A DNA stretch of 63,901 bases, filler included, from Choristocarpus tenellus KU-1152 (Eukaryota > Protista > Phaeophyceae), in the NCBI GenBank assembly GCA_964200185.2. It is 14 parts of 14 records of this genome, joined end to end, with 100 filler letters (N's around TTAATTAATTAA, not from the genome) between each part and the next. Parts side by side here need not be neighbours in the genome. Positions count along the whole stretch, not along the records: positions 46,306 to 50,749 come from CAXNAD020014532.1; positions 50,850 to 56,158 come from CAXNAD020011198.1; positions 56,259 to 61,158 come from CAXNAD020012610.1; positions 61,259 to 63,901 come from CAXNAD020026018.1; 10 more parts are not named here. One strand, written 5' to 3'. Shown here in pieces: positions 50,320-62,994 of this stretch. Every line of letters starts with the position of its first letter. Position 1 is the stretch's first letter. A program made the position numbers and the translations under genes. Under the pieces are notes generated by a model. It did no database searches and was not told the DNA's origin. It worked only from the letters and a program-made list of their open reading frames with translations.

Positions 50320-50726
50320 TGGGTGCATGAGAAGGGGAGCTTACATGGAATGGGAGGGCAGACGCCTTGTGGAAAAGTGTTATTTCCAGCCATGGCCCTC
50401 AACAGTGGAAACTATGTACACCCAAAGTGCCTCAAGGAGCTCCACCGGGAGAACCGTGCACCTCTGTTCATGCCTTTATTAGACTACAGGAAGGATATGG
50501 CTATTTTGATAACAATCTCCTGTGGGCTGTACTTCCTAAATTTGGAAGAGCCCTAGAATATTATCCTAGTCATGCGCTAGCTCTCATGGTGTAATGTTGG
50601 CATACAGTCGAATTGACGATCGAGAGTGTATTGATTCGTTTGTTGATGGTCAGGTATGCGATCTTGCATCAATCCTCTTCAATGCCGTCTTAACTGCAGT
50701 GCAAAGCACATGGATTATGGAGTTCA
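50320..50726 (+). mobile_element. Decayed RTE-like LINE reverse transcriptase fragment
   Basis: Across frameshifts: LKELHRENRAPLFMPLLDY, LLWAVLPKFG, RIDDRECIDSF, GQVCDLASILFN. Confidence 0.7.
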
Positions 50727-50899
50727 GACCCAAAGCATCTGGAGGGGGGNNNNNNNNNNNNNNNNNNNNNNNNNNNNNNNNNNNNNNNNNNNNTTAATTA
50801 ATTAANNNNNNNNNNNNNNNNNNNNNNNNNNNNNNNNNNNNNNNNNNNNCTCCAAGTCTCCCTTACATGTCCCTGGGTATCATCTGGGAAAGGGGGTGG

Positions 50900-52700
50900 A
50901 ACAGTCATCTACAGTGTCCCCTGTACCGTACCCCTTGGTTACCTCAAAGCCGACCTGTGCCACCTGCTTGATCTGGACCCTCGGCGGGCTGCGGTGATCA
51001 GGGATGAACACATCATTGATCTTGATGTACGGCGTGGGGTGTCATCTGTGGTTGAACTTGATGATAGGTCTTCACTTGGGGCTTTGGGGATCTCTGATGG
51101 AGCCCGATTGAGTGTAGCTGTGGCTCCAGCCCTTGGGCATCCTCGAGGAGCCATGCCGTGCTTGCTGGTTGATGATGATGATGTTGCCAATTGGGAGTGG
51201 GATGAGGAAAGGTGAAGGAGGGGAAGGGAGGTTAGAGGGGAGGGGTAGTATGGCTGGAGGCAGGGTGGTTGCTGGTGATGGCTACTGGAGTAGGTTTGTG
51301 ATAAGTTTGAAAAATAGAGTGGGTCTCTGTAAAGTCCAGGGGTTTGCCCTGTAGGGTTAGGGTAGGAGAGATGCGGGGCAAATGCACCTCTTTGGTGATA
51401 GGATACCTAGGGAATTGATTCCGTTTTTTGTAAATGATATTGTACATGTGCCGTACCTTGCTCCTTACTTTGTTATTATTTGCTGTTTTGTTTGCTGAAG
51501 GAGGGGTGGGCAAGGGGGATGATCGCATGAGCAGTGAGACCATTACTGTTCTTTGTGAAGGCGATTGATTGTGGGATTGTGCTGAGCAACCCATGGCTGT
51601 TGTTTGTTGTTTGTCTTTGGGTTGATGTTGTTAGGGGCACTGACATTTTACCTTCAGTAAGGATTTTTTTACGATTGGGTTGGTTGTACAAGTATACTGA
51701 TGGAAGCAGAAGAGGTAGTACTCGTGCCCTGAGGGTTGGGAGCTGTAATAGAGGGTCGGGTTGGGAGTGGTGAGCAGTGGATCAGGTCTGGTGCTGATCT
51801 GCAAGGCATTGAAGTGCATCCAACATGAGTAACATGCTTAAGGGTATATGCTTACGGGTTTGGGGCCCTGGAAGTCACTATGTCTTGCATTTGCGTTTGT
51901 AGCTATCATTTGATATGACTGAGAGCTCTTGGGGGTGGGTGGGTGATGCTAGGGTTAATCTGTTGTGATATCGAGTTCCTTTTCTTGTATTTTTTTCTTT
52001 TTTTGTATTGTTCTCAATATCTATTGAAAAGTCAAGAGAGTTATATCGGTGCATGGATATTCAGTTTGATGAATAATAAAAAGCACATCAATGAATTATG
52101 AAGTAGTTACATTAAGCATGCAGTACCAGATGTCGAGCAACATTGTGTGCGAAATTTTGTTTTGCTGATGGAGAGAGGTCATTGGCGTTGAGGCATTGAT
52201 AGTTGATCAGAATTGTCTGGTGAAGGAGGGAGGAAAGAGGTGATTCTTCGTTAAACTCTGCCTTCACACTGAAGCGGTTGTGGCTGTACAATGCTTCAGG
52301 CTTTGCTCACCTTAGGGCTGTCTGTAGGAGAGCTAGTGGTGCATTGACAAAAGCACATTAATTGTTTTGTGTAGTACTTCACAAAGTGGAAATCACTTCA
52401 ATTCATATACATAGCGTTTTGCCAATTCTCTTGTTGCTATTGATGACCCACAACTGGGATGGTAATCTTCATCTTCTTCACGGTTTCCTGCAAGGTTTGG
52501 TTGTGTTTAGTCATGCACCAAACACCTTTGCATCTCTTCCGCTGTCCCAGGCCCTGTGGAAGCACACTGCAGGTATGATTTTATTTTCATTATTTGGTTG
52601 ACTGAATATGTGTGTGAGGCACCCGTGACTTGGGGGGTCTTGAAAGGGGAGTAAAACGTTGTGGACTTGTGGATGAAGGGCGAAGGATCAGTGAGAGATT
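50900..52700 (-). mobile_element. Possible very decayed non-LTR retrotransposon
   Basis: Only weak RT-like traces (GIL..ISPTL..PL, NIIII, LHSIGL) in broken frames. Confidence 0.25.
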
Positions 52701-54419
52701 GGAAGGCAAAATTGAACAGGTATCTCTCCTAATCCCAGGTTTGTCTCTACTACACTCCTTACTTTATTAGATACTGGCCCTTTATGTTCAGCTGATCCAC
52801 ACAAATTTGGGTGAAATTATTCACACAAGAGCATACATATATCCTACCACGTGAATATGGAGTAGGACACGAATTAGAGAATATGTGTGTTTATTTCCTT
52901 GTTGATGTATTCAATGTATACTGTTCCTCCTCATGTGCCCCAAATACTTTCCTGGTATTATACCAAAATTGACAGGCGACAGGTAGGAGTATACGTTTGA
53001 GAACTAAACCTTTACCTATATGTAGTTCACAAAAAAATATCATACCAAGCCTTCGACGTATTATTGAATGTACTACAAGCAATAATAGGTCTCGACCTAT
53101 GACCAACTACTTTGTATACAAAGTCCACATACTTTCTAACGCCCTTCACAACAACAGTCTGTAAGTGCACCAACCTTTCTCTATTTATTTCACCAGTCCA
53201 ATTCGCACAAGAAGACTAAGAAGTAGTGCTGGTCGGACAGGCAGAAATGACTGGTCTGCTTCCATGGATCCGAACCTAGGTTCTGTAGGCATAAAATTAT
53301 TATTGTATCTGTGCCCCATAAAAAAAAAATCGGTCCTCATCAGGACCCTTCACTTGCTACTATTACTATGCTGCGGCCACACACCTGGACTGTGACCCAA
53401 CTCTGTGGCATTGTTAGTAGGGTAAGCCCGCCAATCAATGATGATTCCGAGTATTAATAGCCAGTGAGTTAGTCCATGTACTAAAGCATTATAATTCCCA
53501 CTGGATGAAGTGCTGCTCACTCAGTGGAGAGCAAGGAGGGGCTTTCCTTCAAGTCGATGTTTTGAGAATTTCTTTGCTGTGATAATTGGTCCAGTGTTGC
53601 TTTAGGTCTGTAGATGATGAAAGCAACCATTCCACCCTTCAATGGTATACTTGTACGGGTTCGAACCTGGTTATCACCACACCTCTTTTCAACAAAGAAA
53701 TATGTTTCTTTGATGATCCATAGCCCACATCGCAAAAACTGTTGATTGTATCATCTATTGCATACTACTATTATTTTTATTGTCTGTGGCAACGCAATGA
53801 AAACGTAAGAAAACTGGGATAATGTGGCGAGACTTCTGTTGAAGAAATTGGTGTTCCCAAGACTTGTGTATGTAAATGACTCGATTAACTCCTTATTATG
53901 CAGAACAGGTTGTACATGAAGTAAGGAAGGTGTAAGGAAGGAGAGTGAGCTTCAAAGCTCAAAGGGGGCCATCACATTACGATTCACATATTCTAATAAC
54001 ACGTCACTCAGTCCATGATTAGTTGCTATGTTACTTGCTATGTTACTTGCTACAACATTCCTTTTCTAGGATTCTTCTTGTTGTACTATAATAACCCGGA
54101 CAATATTTTCGTTGTCACCTGACCTAAAAATTACTATCAATTATCCCGTTATCCAACAATACTTCAACAACTCAATGTTTCTACCACAGAATCATATTTT
54201 ACACATGAATAAAAAACATATTCTGAACAACTTCATTGCAGAGTGATGCCGAGGCGTATGCTGCAGAAAATTCAATGTAGGGAGGCGGAACTAGGAGGAG
54301 TGGGGTGGCCGAACCCAATGCGCAAGAAGTATGGCAAGAACAGAGAGAGGCAGTGCATTTGGTCATAGTGCAACACCTAGATGATTGAATACGTATGAGT
54401 ATTGTTATCGATGTAGTGA

Positions 54420-54681
54420 GAGTCAAAGCATCTTGGAGAGTAGAGCGTCCGTTTGGGGGTTAATTAATATCCAATGTCGAGATTTTGATGTAATTTTGAC
54501 TACCATGTTTGTTGGGAAGTGCCAATATCCTTGTTCTGGGCACACTTTTTCATAACGTACACATTTTACGTACTCCGAAACTTTTTGAAGTAGAAAAAAT
54601 GTAATTAAAGTCCGTGGGAAGCCAAGCCCCCAATAATAGACAAACAGGACAAAACTCGTACCCTCTAAGATACTTTCGCTT
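54420..54681. mobile_element. MITE family A, complete, 3-bp TSD TGA
   Basis: Both TIRs present. Confidence 0.9.
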
Positions 54682-55249
54682 TGAAGAGATACAACACAGG
54701 GTAGGCCTGAATTATTATTGGAATAAGAGTATATTACTGCATCGATAAATATCTCCTGCATTGCAGCAATGCCTCAAGAAGAGGGCACAGAAAAGCAGTA
54801 TTTCGATCGGGACCTTCTTTAGAGTCGTACTAACTGAGAGGTATACACGTTTGACTGCTTTAAAGCTTCTACCTTTCTTGACCCCTCTGCAATACATCCT
54901 ATTTTCATGCTTTTTGTGCACGACAGAATATTAAAGTAGCGCGTCTCACGTAGGAGTGGTAACACAGGGATGTTATGAAGTGTTGTAGATGAGTGATTAG
55001 TTTGCATGTAGGTGGGGAACACGAACACTCCATGAAAGCAGAAATATTTATCTTCATATGAGAAAGGCTTGGTTTACCAACCAAAAACTACTTACTCTGA
55101 CCACATTCACTATACCAGAACTCTCCCATAGAGTTAGAATTGTCTATTTTTACATGAAAGTGCCCTAAAACGAACGTGTCACTACTAAAGAGAGGCTGGA
55201 AGCATAATTCACCGCACGCAATTGAACAAAGCCCTGTTTTGTATTGTAC

Positions 55250-56077
55250 AACAAGACGTGCTTTTTGGGCATATTTATGGATCCTAATAATGCAACCAAT
55301 TGTACCTGGCATGGAAACGCCTGTCCCAGTTTGTTATCAGGCACACAGAGGACAGCTACTGATGCAGTGGTGGAACCTATGATTCATATTGGCACAGACT
55401 TTCAGGAAGAGGGTGACATGCACCCCTACTGGCAACATATTATGGTCAGTCGAACCCTCATGTTTGGGAAGAAGATGGAGAATGTTTATTCAAAATTGCC
55501 GGTTTATCTCAAAAAGGAGCCAAGCTACCAGCGAATTTTGTAGTGGTCGTATCTCCCCTGTGTCAACCATACAATCCCTTTCAAATGTTACCACAAGTTG
55601 AGTTGCAGCCACACCCTCTACTCCCCCGAAGATCTTAAAAAAGCTAGGGACGATTTGAAGATTTGTTTTTCTAAGAAGGCTTTTGCAAATACACAACGGA
55701 CGTGTTCTGAACAAGAGGAATTTCTAGATATTGTGCCTAAATTCAGACCAGTCTTTTCATTATCTGAAATGAATTAGGTTGTTGCACCACTACTTCTGTT
55801 GAATTTCCACTACAACCAGGTACTAAACCGGTTAGTAGAACACAGTATGGCGCGGCACCAAAAATACGTCATACTATTCGTTAATGTATAACTGGTATTG
55901 AAAAGCAGAGCATTGTTAATCCTCATCTAGTACATTGGGCATCCCCTGTTACCATTATTGCAAAACCTGATGGATCTCCCCGGTTCTGTGTGGATTTTAG
56001 AGGAACCATTAATATACATTTGATACGTAACTGATGGCCTGTGCCATCCATGGAGGAGTGTTTATCCACCTTGAGAT
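55250..56077 (+). mobile_element. Decayed Gypsy fragment, same family as 22367-25502
   Basis: HPYWQHIMVSRTL and WASPVTIIAKPDGSPRFCVDFRG match the other copy; cut by a family B MITE end at 56078. Confidence 0.85.
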
Positions 56078-56529
56078 GGCTCAAAGCATCTGGGAGGGGG
56101 TGGCGGCTGTCCATTATTTGGGGTCAATTTTTTTATGTCGCGATTTTTGGGTGATTTGNNNNNNNNNNNNNNNNNNNNNNNNNNNNNNNNNNNNNNNNNN
56201 NNTTAATTAATTAANNNNNNNNNNNNNNNNNNNNNNNNNNNNNNNNNNNNNNNNNNNNGCGAAAACAATTATGTACAGATGATGTTTCCCCCCCCCTCCA
56301 TGTGGGCCCGAGGAACCTCGATAGTGGCACACATGTGCCTCCTCCCATACTCGAAAGTAGCCAACACAACGAGTGGTGCAATCCTTTGAATGGTTGCAGA
56401 GGTCAAGCATCTATGAGCGTAGGAGTTTTGCCATGTTTGTCCGTTCAGATCTTGATTTCCCACGGGATTAATATGCCCTTTTTCTTTAGACAAAAAAATG
56501 TGAACATTGTTACCTATGACGTATAGGAT

Positions 56530-56661
56530 CATGAAAGGTATGTCCGAAGCAAGGATATTGGCACTTGCTCACAAACACGATAGCCAAAATACATAATAAT
56601 CGCAAAATTGGATTGGTGGTCCAAATCCGTCGGATCCCTACCCGCTCAAATGCTTTGGGTC
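56530..56661. mobile_element. MITE family A, old half copy
   Basis: CAAGGATATTG..GATAGCCAAAAT..TACCCGCTCAAATGCTTTGGGTC. Confidence 0.7.
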
Positions 56662-57016
56662 TGCACACCATGCGACTTGAATCTCACGCAGCAGCTGCTC
56701 CTATATCTGTACAATATCTATCCGCATGCTTGCTTCCCCTGGACGCCACACGACCCCATCACACTTGGGCGGACGTTCCTTTGGCTTTGTAGAAAACGCT
56801 TTCGGAGATGGACTCCGGCGTGGTGTGGGCCATAGCTGGGAATTAGAAGCAAGTTGTGGAGCGCATATTTTCCCCTCGCTAGGGAGGACTCTAGCCAGGA
56901 ACAGGAAGAACGCTAAGATTTTGCAGGGAGAGCATCGCAGTTAAGTTGTCACACACCAAGCTTCATGCACCAAGCTTCACTACGGTGACTTCATCCCTAA
57001 CGCAAGAACTTGTCAA

Positions 57017-57279
57017 GAGAGAAAGTATCTCAGAGGGTACGAGTTTTGCCCTGTTTGTCCATTTGGGGCTTGGCTTCCCTCGAGGTGTGTATGATATTTT
57101 ACCTACTCCAAAAGATTTTGGAGTTGGTAAAATGTAGACATTAAAAAAAGGAGTGTCCAGAACAAGGATATTTATTGACACTTCCTAACAAACATGATAG
57201 TTAAAATTACATCAAAATCGCAACATTGGATTTTGGCCCCCAAATGGACGCGGGTCTACCCTCTAAGATACTTTGGCTC
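57017..57279. mobile_element. MITE family A, complete, 4-bp TSD TCAA
   Basis: Both TIRs and the hairpin are present. Confidence 0.92.
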
Positions 57280-57321
57280 TCAACTTATCAGCCGATCGAT
57301 TTCTTCACTGGAGGGGATGCT

Positions 57322-60300
57322 TGTTGAGTAGCTCAGCACATGTAAGGCTCGTCGCTCAAAGCCGCTGGTTGAGTTACATGGTGAACATACAATGAATAAT
57401 TAGTTGCTCGCCAGGTGTCCAATATCACTAACATTCACCCATCATACCGTTACTCCTCATACCGTTTTTCAAGTTACTGCTTTGTATTGTACCTTCCCAA
57501 AGATAAACGTACATGAAAACTATGTTGTATACTTGTATCAGCACATACAACACAATGATAACACTAGGTTATTCGATATCCTCCCCTTGCTAAAAACAAG
57601 TATTGATTCTCAAACAATCACAACAACAAAAATGCTACACACAAGCCATCTCGCTCATGTTCATCAAATTTCACATGCTGTCTATAAATTCTTATTGTCA
57701 AATTCCTGGTCAACACATCTGCCGTTGGGTTTGCAGTTCCAACTAAAACGACACAAATCTCTCTTTTTCGACCTAAGTCGCTCAGAAATGGTGTCGGACA
57801 TATCAATGTGCCTTGCTCTAGTACAGCTTGAGACATTTCGTACTAGTTTGCACGCACCATCGTTATCCTCAAACATGTCAATGCAACTCCTAGAAACTGT
57901 GGCAGAATAAACTCAAAAACACATCTTTTAAGAAAAGCAATTCCTGTGCCACACTGCTAAGGGCTATATACTCACTCTCCGTTGAAGACAGAGCTACAAC
58001 CTTTTGTACCTTTGACATCCAAGATATTGCTCCTCCAGTCACTGATCTACGATCATTACAATCTCCAGCATAACTAGCATCAGCAAATGCACTCAACCCA
58101 CACTCAGTATCGTAACCACCAAAAGTCAATCCAACACTGGGACATGTACCAAATATGCTAAAGTACACTTAACTGCACGCCAATGTGTAACTTTAGGGTT
58201 ACTACTGTATTTGGCATCCTCATAAACTTCATTTGCAATGTCAAGTCTTGTCATAACAGCTGCCCACATCAAGCTACCAACTACCTCTCTGTACAGTGTA
58301 GTTTCATTAACATTTAGATGATTCTCACTCTTATCTAAAGTCCTTGAGAGATCATGGGTTACCGCCCTCTTCTTTGCCCCATCCATACCAATCTTTGAAA
58401 AATGCTTTTAACGTACTTATTGTGACTAATGCTGACTGCCTGTCCCATTCTGTCATATGGAACCTCACAGCCCATATAATATTCAAAGTCACTAAAAAAG
58501 GAGCTATTGAAAACTGTTCCTTGATCCTGGAATGAACCCAAATCAAAACATCACTAATGCCAGCTACCACAAGATCGTCAATGTAAGGGGCTATCACAGC
58601 ACAAACAACGCCATCTTTTACATAGCATAACACACAGGGATCTGCTCGCATTGCTCAAAACCACATTGTTCGAAAATATGCACCAACAAATTATTAAACT
58701 CCCTGCTAGCCTGTCTGATGCCATCAAGAGCTTTCACTAAACATAATCTTTCCTGGCCATGTACCACATCCATCACATAGACGAATACATATCTCTTCAC
58801 TATTGTCCGCCTGGATAAAAGCTTGGTTGACATCCCGATGTTTTAATTCCCAGTCTTTGTCTGCACAGCTAATACTGAAACCATTCTCAATGACGCAGGC
58901 GATGGTGTTGGAGCAAAGGAATCTTGATAATCTAAACCCTCAATCTGTCGAAAATATTTTGCTACCTCACCGAATTTGTTAGTCTTAAGCTTGTGAATCC
59001 AACTAGTGTCAATTGCCTTGCGTTCAGGGGGTAATACGGCCTCCACCCAAGCAATATTCAACAACAAACCAGTCATCTCTTCTGCTCTAGCTCAATCCCA
59101 TAAATCACATTCGGGAGAGCTATGTGCTGCTCTTACAGTCTTGGGTTCTGGAGCGAGTTCATCCGCTAACAATCTAATAGAATCATCACTCGGACACATC
59201 GCAAGAGTAGTCTCAATAATAACAGACAAACACGTTGAAACAAAATTGAAGGCATACCAAGAATTGCAACTTCTGCAGAATTATCTTGACAGTTACCAGA
59301 TCTGGTGCGATGAGCGAGCGTGTTGCTGCTGCCGCTCCCTGTACTGAGACGTCGAAGTTCCCTGTCATTGGCTAGCCTTAGTCTCATCCACCCAGCCATT
59401 ATTCCCATCATAGATGCCAGCATCCACAGTTTCACCAACATCAACCCATGTTGCTTCAGATTCACCACCATCACCCAACCCTCCTTCAATCCAAGAGATT
59501 CAATAATCAACATCATTATCACATTCACTCCCAATCTCCTGGTTATGGGTAGCCCTTCTTGCCATAGCTAGCCACAGCAGCTAGTGTGGTCCTGAATTTC
59601 CGTAAATCACCCGCCTTCCTAGGCGGCGTCGCTCTCTTCTGGCATCGTAATTGTTCAAACTGTTTGTTGCTGTCCGAAGATGAGTATCCTGTATGTAAAG
59701 CTTGCAGTCACGTTGTCCAGATACTCCACAAGCTTCTTGTGGAAGCTTGTGCTTTCCTCTACGGAGGAAATAACACGCTGTCGAACTTCATTGGTTGCAT
59801 GGCCCAACGTATTACCAACTTGATTCGACACTTGAGTTTCATGACGCAGTTGTATAACAAGTCCACGAACTTCCAGGTTTGCTCGGTGAGTCTCCTTTCT
59901 CAAAGTATTGATTGCCATCATGAGCTGTGCAGCATTTATCCCGCCACTTGTTTGCATCGATGTCGAAGAAGCTTCCTACACTAGGTCTCCACCCCATTCC
60001 ACGAGAGCTCCATCAGCCTCCGAACAATAGTCCTCACCAGTGTCTTCCAACAGGTTCTTCCAGTCCTTCTTGACCAGATTAACGCCTACTTTCAGGGCAA
60101 AAAACAGCATGAGCAATTATGATGCCAGACGAGAGTGAGACCGCCTAAGAAGGCAGACGATTTCAATTACTTTGGAGGTAAAAGATACCTTCAGCTGAGC
60201 TACCAGACGAGAACGACACCGTCTAAGAAGGCGGATGATTAACATACTTACAAGCGTGTTGGGTGGCTTAGCGCATGTAAGGCTCGTCGCCCAAAGCTTC

Positions 60301-60567
60301 CGATTGAGTTACATATCAACGTACATTGAATTAATAATTGCCTATCAAGTATGATCACTAGGACTCCCCCCTAACACATCAACAAAATATCAGAGGGGAT
60401 AATAATATAAATAGTAAAAACATTCACCAATCATACCGATACTCCTCGTACCATTTTGTATTATGCTGCCTTGAATTGTACCTTCTCAAAGGTAAAAGTA
60501 TATGACAACTATGCAACATACTTCTATCAATACCTAAAACACAAGGATAAAATTAGGATATTCGGCA
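57322..60567 (-). mobile_element. Old internally deleted Copia with paired LTRs (57322-57578, 60257-60567)
   Basis: Diverged direct repeats TGTTG..TTCG(A/G)(T/C)A, polypurine tract at 57579-57588, flanks ATGCT/ATGCA. RT-RNase H motifs PYIDDLVV, FADASYAGD..DRRSVTG, ALSSTESEY, EDNDGAC. No recognisable gag or integrase. Confidence 0.85.
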
Positions 60568-60989
60568 ATGCAAATAGAGGAATATGAACATGTCCTTGTT
60601 CAAATCAGGCAATCTACAAGATAAGCACATGATTGTGTGCGACTCAGTGCATCCAATTTGAACACCGATCATCATATGTACTATGTATCAGGTACCACAT
60701 ATCCTCACGTACTACGCAAAAGGAAAGAGGGCAACGCAAATTAATCAAATCCAAAGGCTAGAAACCAATGAGAAAATCAACATTCAACCTGCAGGAGTGA
60801 GGAGTGAGGGTGTATGTATAACCTTATCTGCTTGAGGTGCAGTTGGTGCTGCTTCGATGTGACGTGTGTCCCATGTATCACAAACTCGCCTGCATTCAAC
60901 TTGTATTTGAAGGTGTTTGTCCCACCAACCAAAGATGGGTACAACCTGCCTACCTTGCTGCCATTGTGCTCCACCTCTTCACTGCGGTC

Positions 60990-61158
60990 CAAACATTCTC
61001 AGAGTCGCCTCGCAGGCACATCCGCCACTGGTGCACAAGTCGTCAAGTATGCCGGATCTCTCGCTTGGATTGTTCCCTTCATAAGTATCAATATCATTGT
61101 ATAAAAATGAACTGGTCAGCGATATCTTGTCTCAATCGTGGAACATAATGATAAAATA
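60990..61158 (+). mobile_element. Gypsy integrase-like fragment
   Basis: PFISIN..CIKM..GQRYLVSIVEH across frameshifts; homologous to ~21210-21285. Confidence 0.5.
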
Positions 61159-61748
61159 NNNNNNNNNNNNNNNNNNNNNNNNNNNNNNNNNNNNNNNNNN
61201 NNTTAATTAATTAANNNNNNNNNNNNNNNNNNNNNNNNNNNNNNNNNNNNNNNNNNNNCCCTTCCCCATCATCCCAATCAATTGTGAGCAATCAATAGGG
61301 TGGGTGGGTGGGTGGGAAAGATTGCTTGGATGCTGCCTTGATTTTGCCCTGCTTGTCCTACACTACCAACCTCAGGTTTGCCTTTGGTTCTGCACTATCC
61401 CTTCCTACGTCATACCTCCACCTACCACCAATTTCAACTTCTCTCCAACCTCTTCTGCCACCCAATCTTCAACTGTTCGTCCACCTTCTAATTCTTTTCT
61501 TTTTACCGTTATCACCAATTCAACCACCTTACGTCCTCCCTCTACGAATTCTCCCATCCCCAAAAACCATTTACTTCAAAAACGTTCCCTTCAAATAACA
61601 CAAAAATCCATTATCCCCCTTACAATACATAAAGGACATAATAATTATATTAATAAGGTGGTACCAGTAGCTTCGCCCTCGGTGGAAATCGTATTTTTTT
61701 TCACCCGAACGCCACACAGTTATACAACAATGTATATATCAAATAAAA

Positions 61749-62200
61749 GGGTATGACAAAAGCGTTTGAAGGTTTTGTATCCACGAATGTCCAGGCTTCG
61801 GGGAAGGGAGCTATATCCCAATTAAATAATGGTAAAAACGCGGGGGAATATCTTCGGTGCAATTTTGAAGGTCACGACTTCAAAACGAACAAAAATGAAG
61901 TGGTTGGCTGAACTCCTTGGAGAAACGTGGTGCGGGATACGTTGCTGTCCAAGTTTGACTTGTCTGGCGACACTGAAGAAAAACTCAAGATTTCTGGACA
62001 TCTTTTTAGCGCCTTTTGCAGGCTTTATGTGAGCACACATATGCGTAACTTACACAGCAACATGAACCACGACGGTGGGACAAGGAGAGCCGCTGAGGCC
62101 ACTCTGCCACCTGGACTACCCTCGGCACGTTCTCTGTCGAGAGGCAACGGAAAAGCAAGTACCGTGTGAAAATCAGTGCGATGTTAGGTGACGAGAAAGT
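61749..62200 (+). mobile_element. Second copy of the unclassified GGGTATGACA-terminated element
   Basis: Collinear with 26675-25970 (minus). Confidence 0.65.
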
Positions 62201-62994
62201 TCGACTAGTGTAGCACAGCAGCATAATCAAATAACGAAATGGATCACGGGGCCGTGACACTGGCGCTGAGAGAAGATGCATGGAAAGCATTACCACACAA
62301 ACGTAGTACCTTGCTTGGATCTATTGGTACCATTTCAGCAGTCACTGCAGGACACTGACATGATGAGTTAGCGAATCACGTCCACCCCCCCCTCAGTCAA
62401 ACATGACCATTTCCGTTTCCCCAAAGATTTATTTGCAATGCTAAACTACTGTATTGGGTTGTAGCTCTGGCACCTGGTAACTTGCATCTAGCCACCAAAT
62501 TGACACGTATATATATGTTTATTCCTACATCTCTGGTTACAGGCAGTTCCTCCTCTCCCAAAGTCTAGTGAATTACTGGTTTGCTATGTTATAATTCACT
62601 GAGTGTTCTTTCTAGACTACGAGAGTGTCACTGAAAAAAAATGCAAGAGTTATATACAAAGAACCCTAGAACTCCAGATTTTATCTCACACATTACTTTG
62701 CTAGACAATCCTATTTACAGCCCCAATAAGTACCTAGTCATGAAAAAGATCCAAAACCCCTCCAACACATTGGACAATCCTTGCCCACATCAAAATGACA
62801 TTCCAAACTATCATTGCTTACTAGTGTTTCATCTACACACCACAGCAGTTATCCTCACGAAGCAAGTTTGCAGAGAAAAAGTCAGCGATGAGAGCACATG
62901 CTGACCATTTCCAAATATCTAATACTTCCAGTGCAATATAGTGGTAGTCAATAGGCTTCTTATGTGTTTGGTAACCCGTATCATAAGACAAAAA

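Noticed and set aside
9496-57181. Recurrent short ORFs (KPSPKWTNRAKLVPSKIL, YPLRYFDS, FALFVHLGLGF) as a peptide family
   Set aside because: They are chance translations of MITE family A, with variable frames, starts and stops.
12982-61258. Recurring TTAATTAATTAA palindrome as a biological motif
   Set aside because: Always centred in identical 100-nt N blocks and gives stops in all six frames: an assembly linker.
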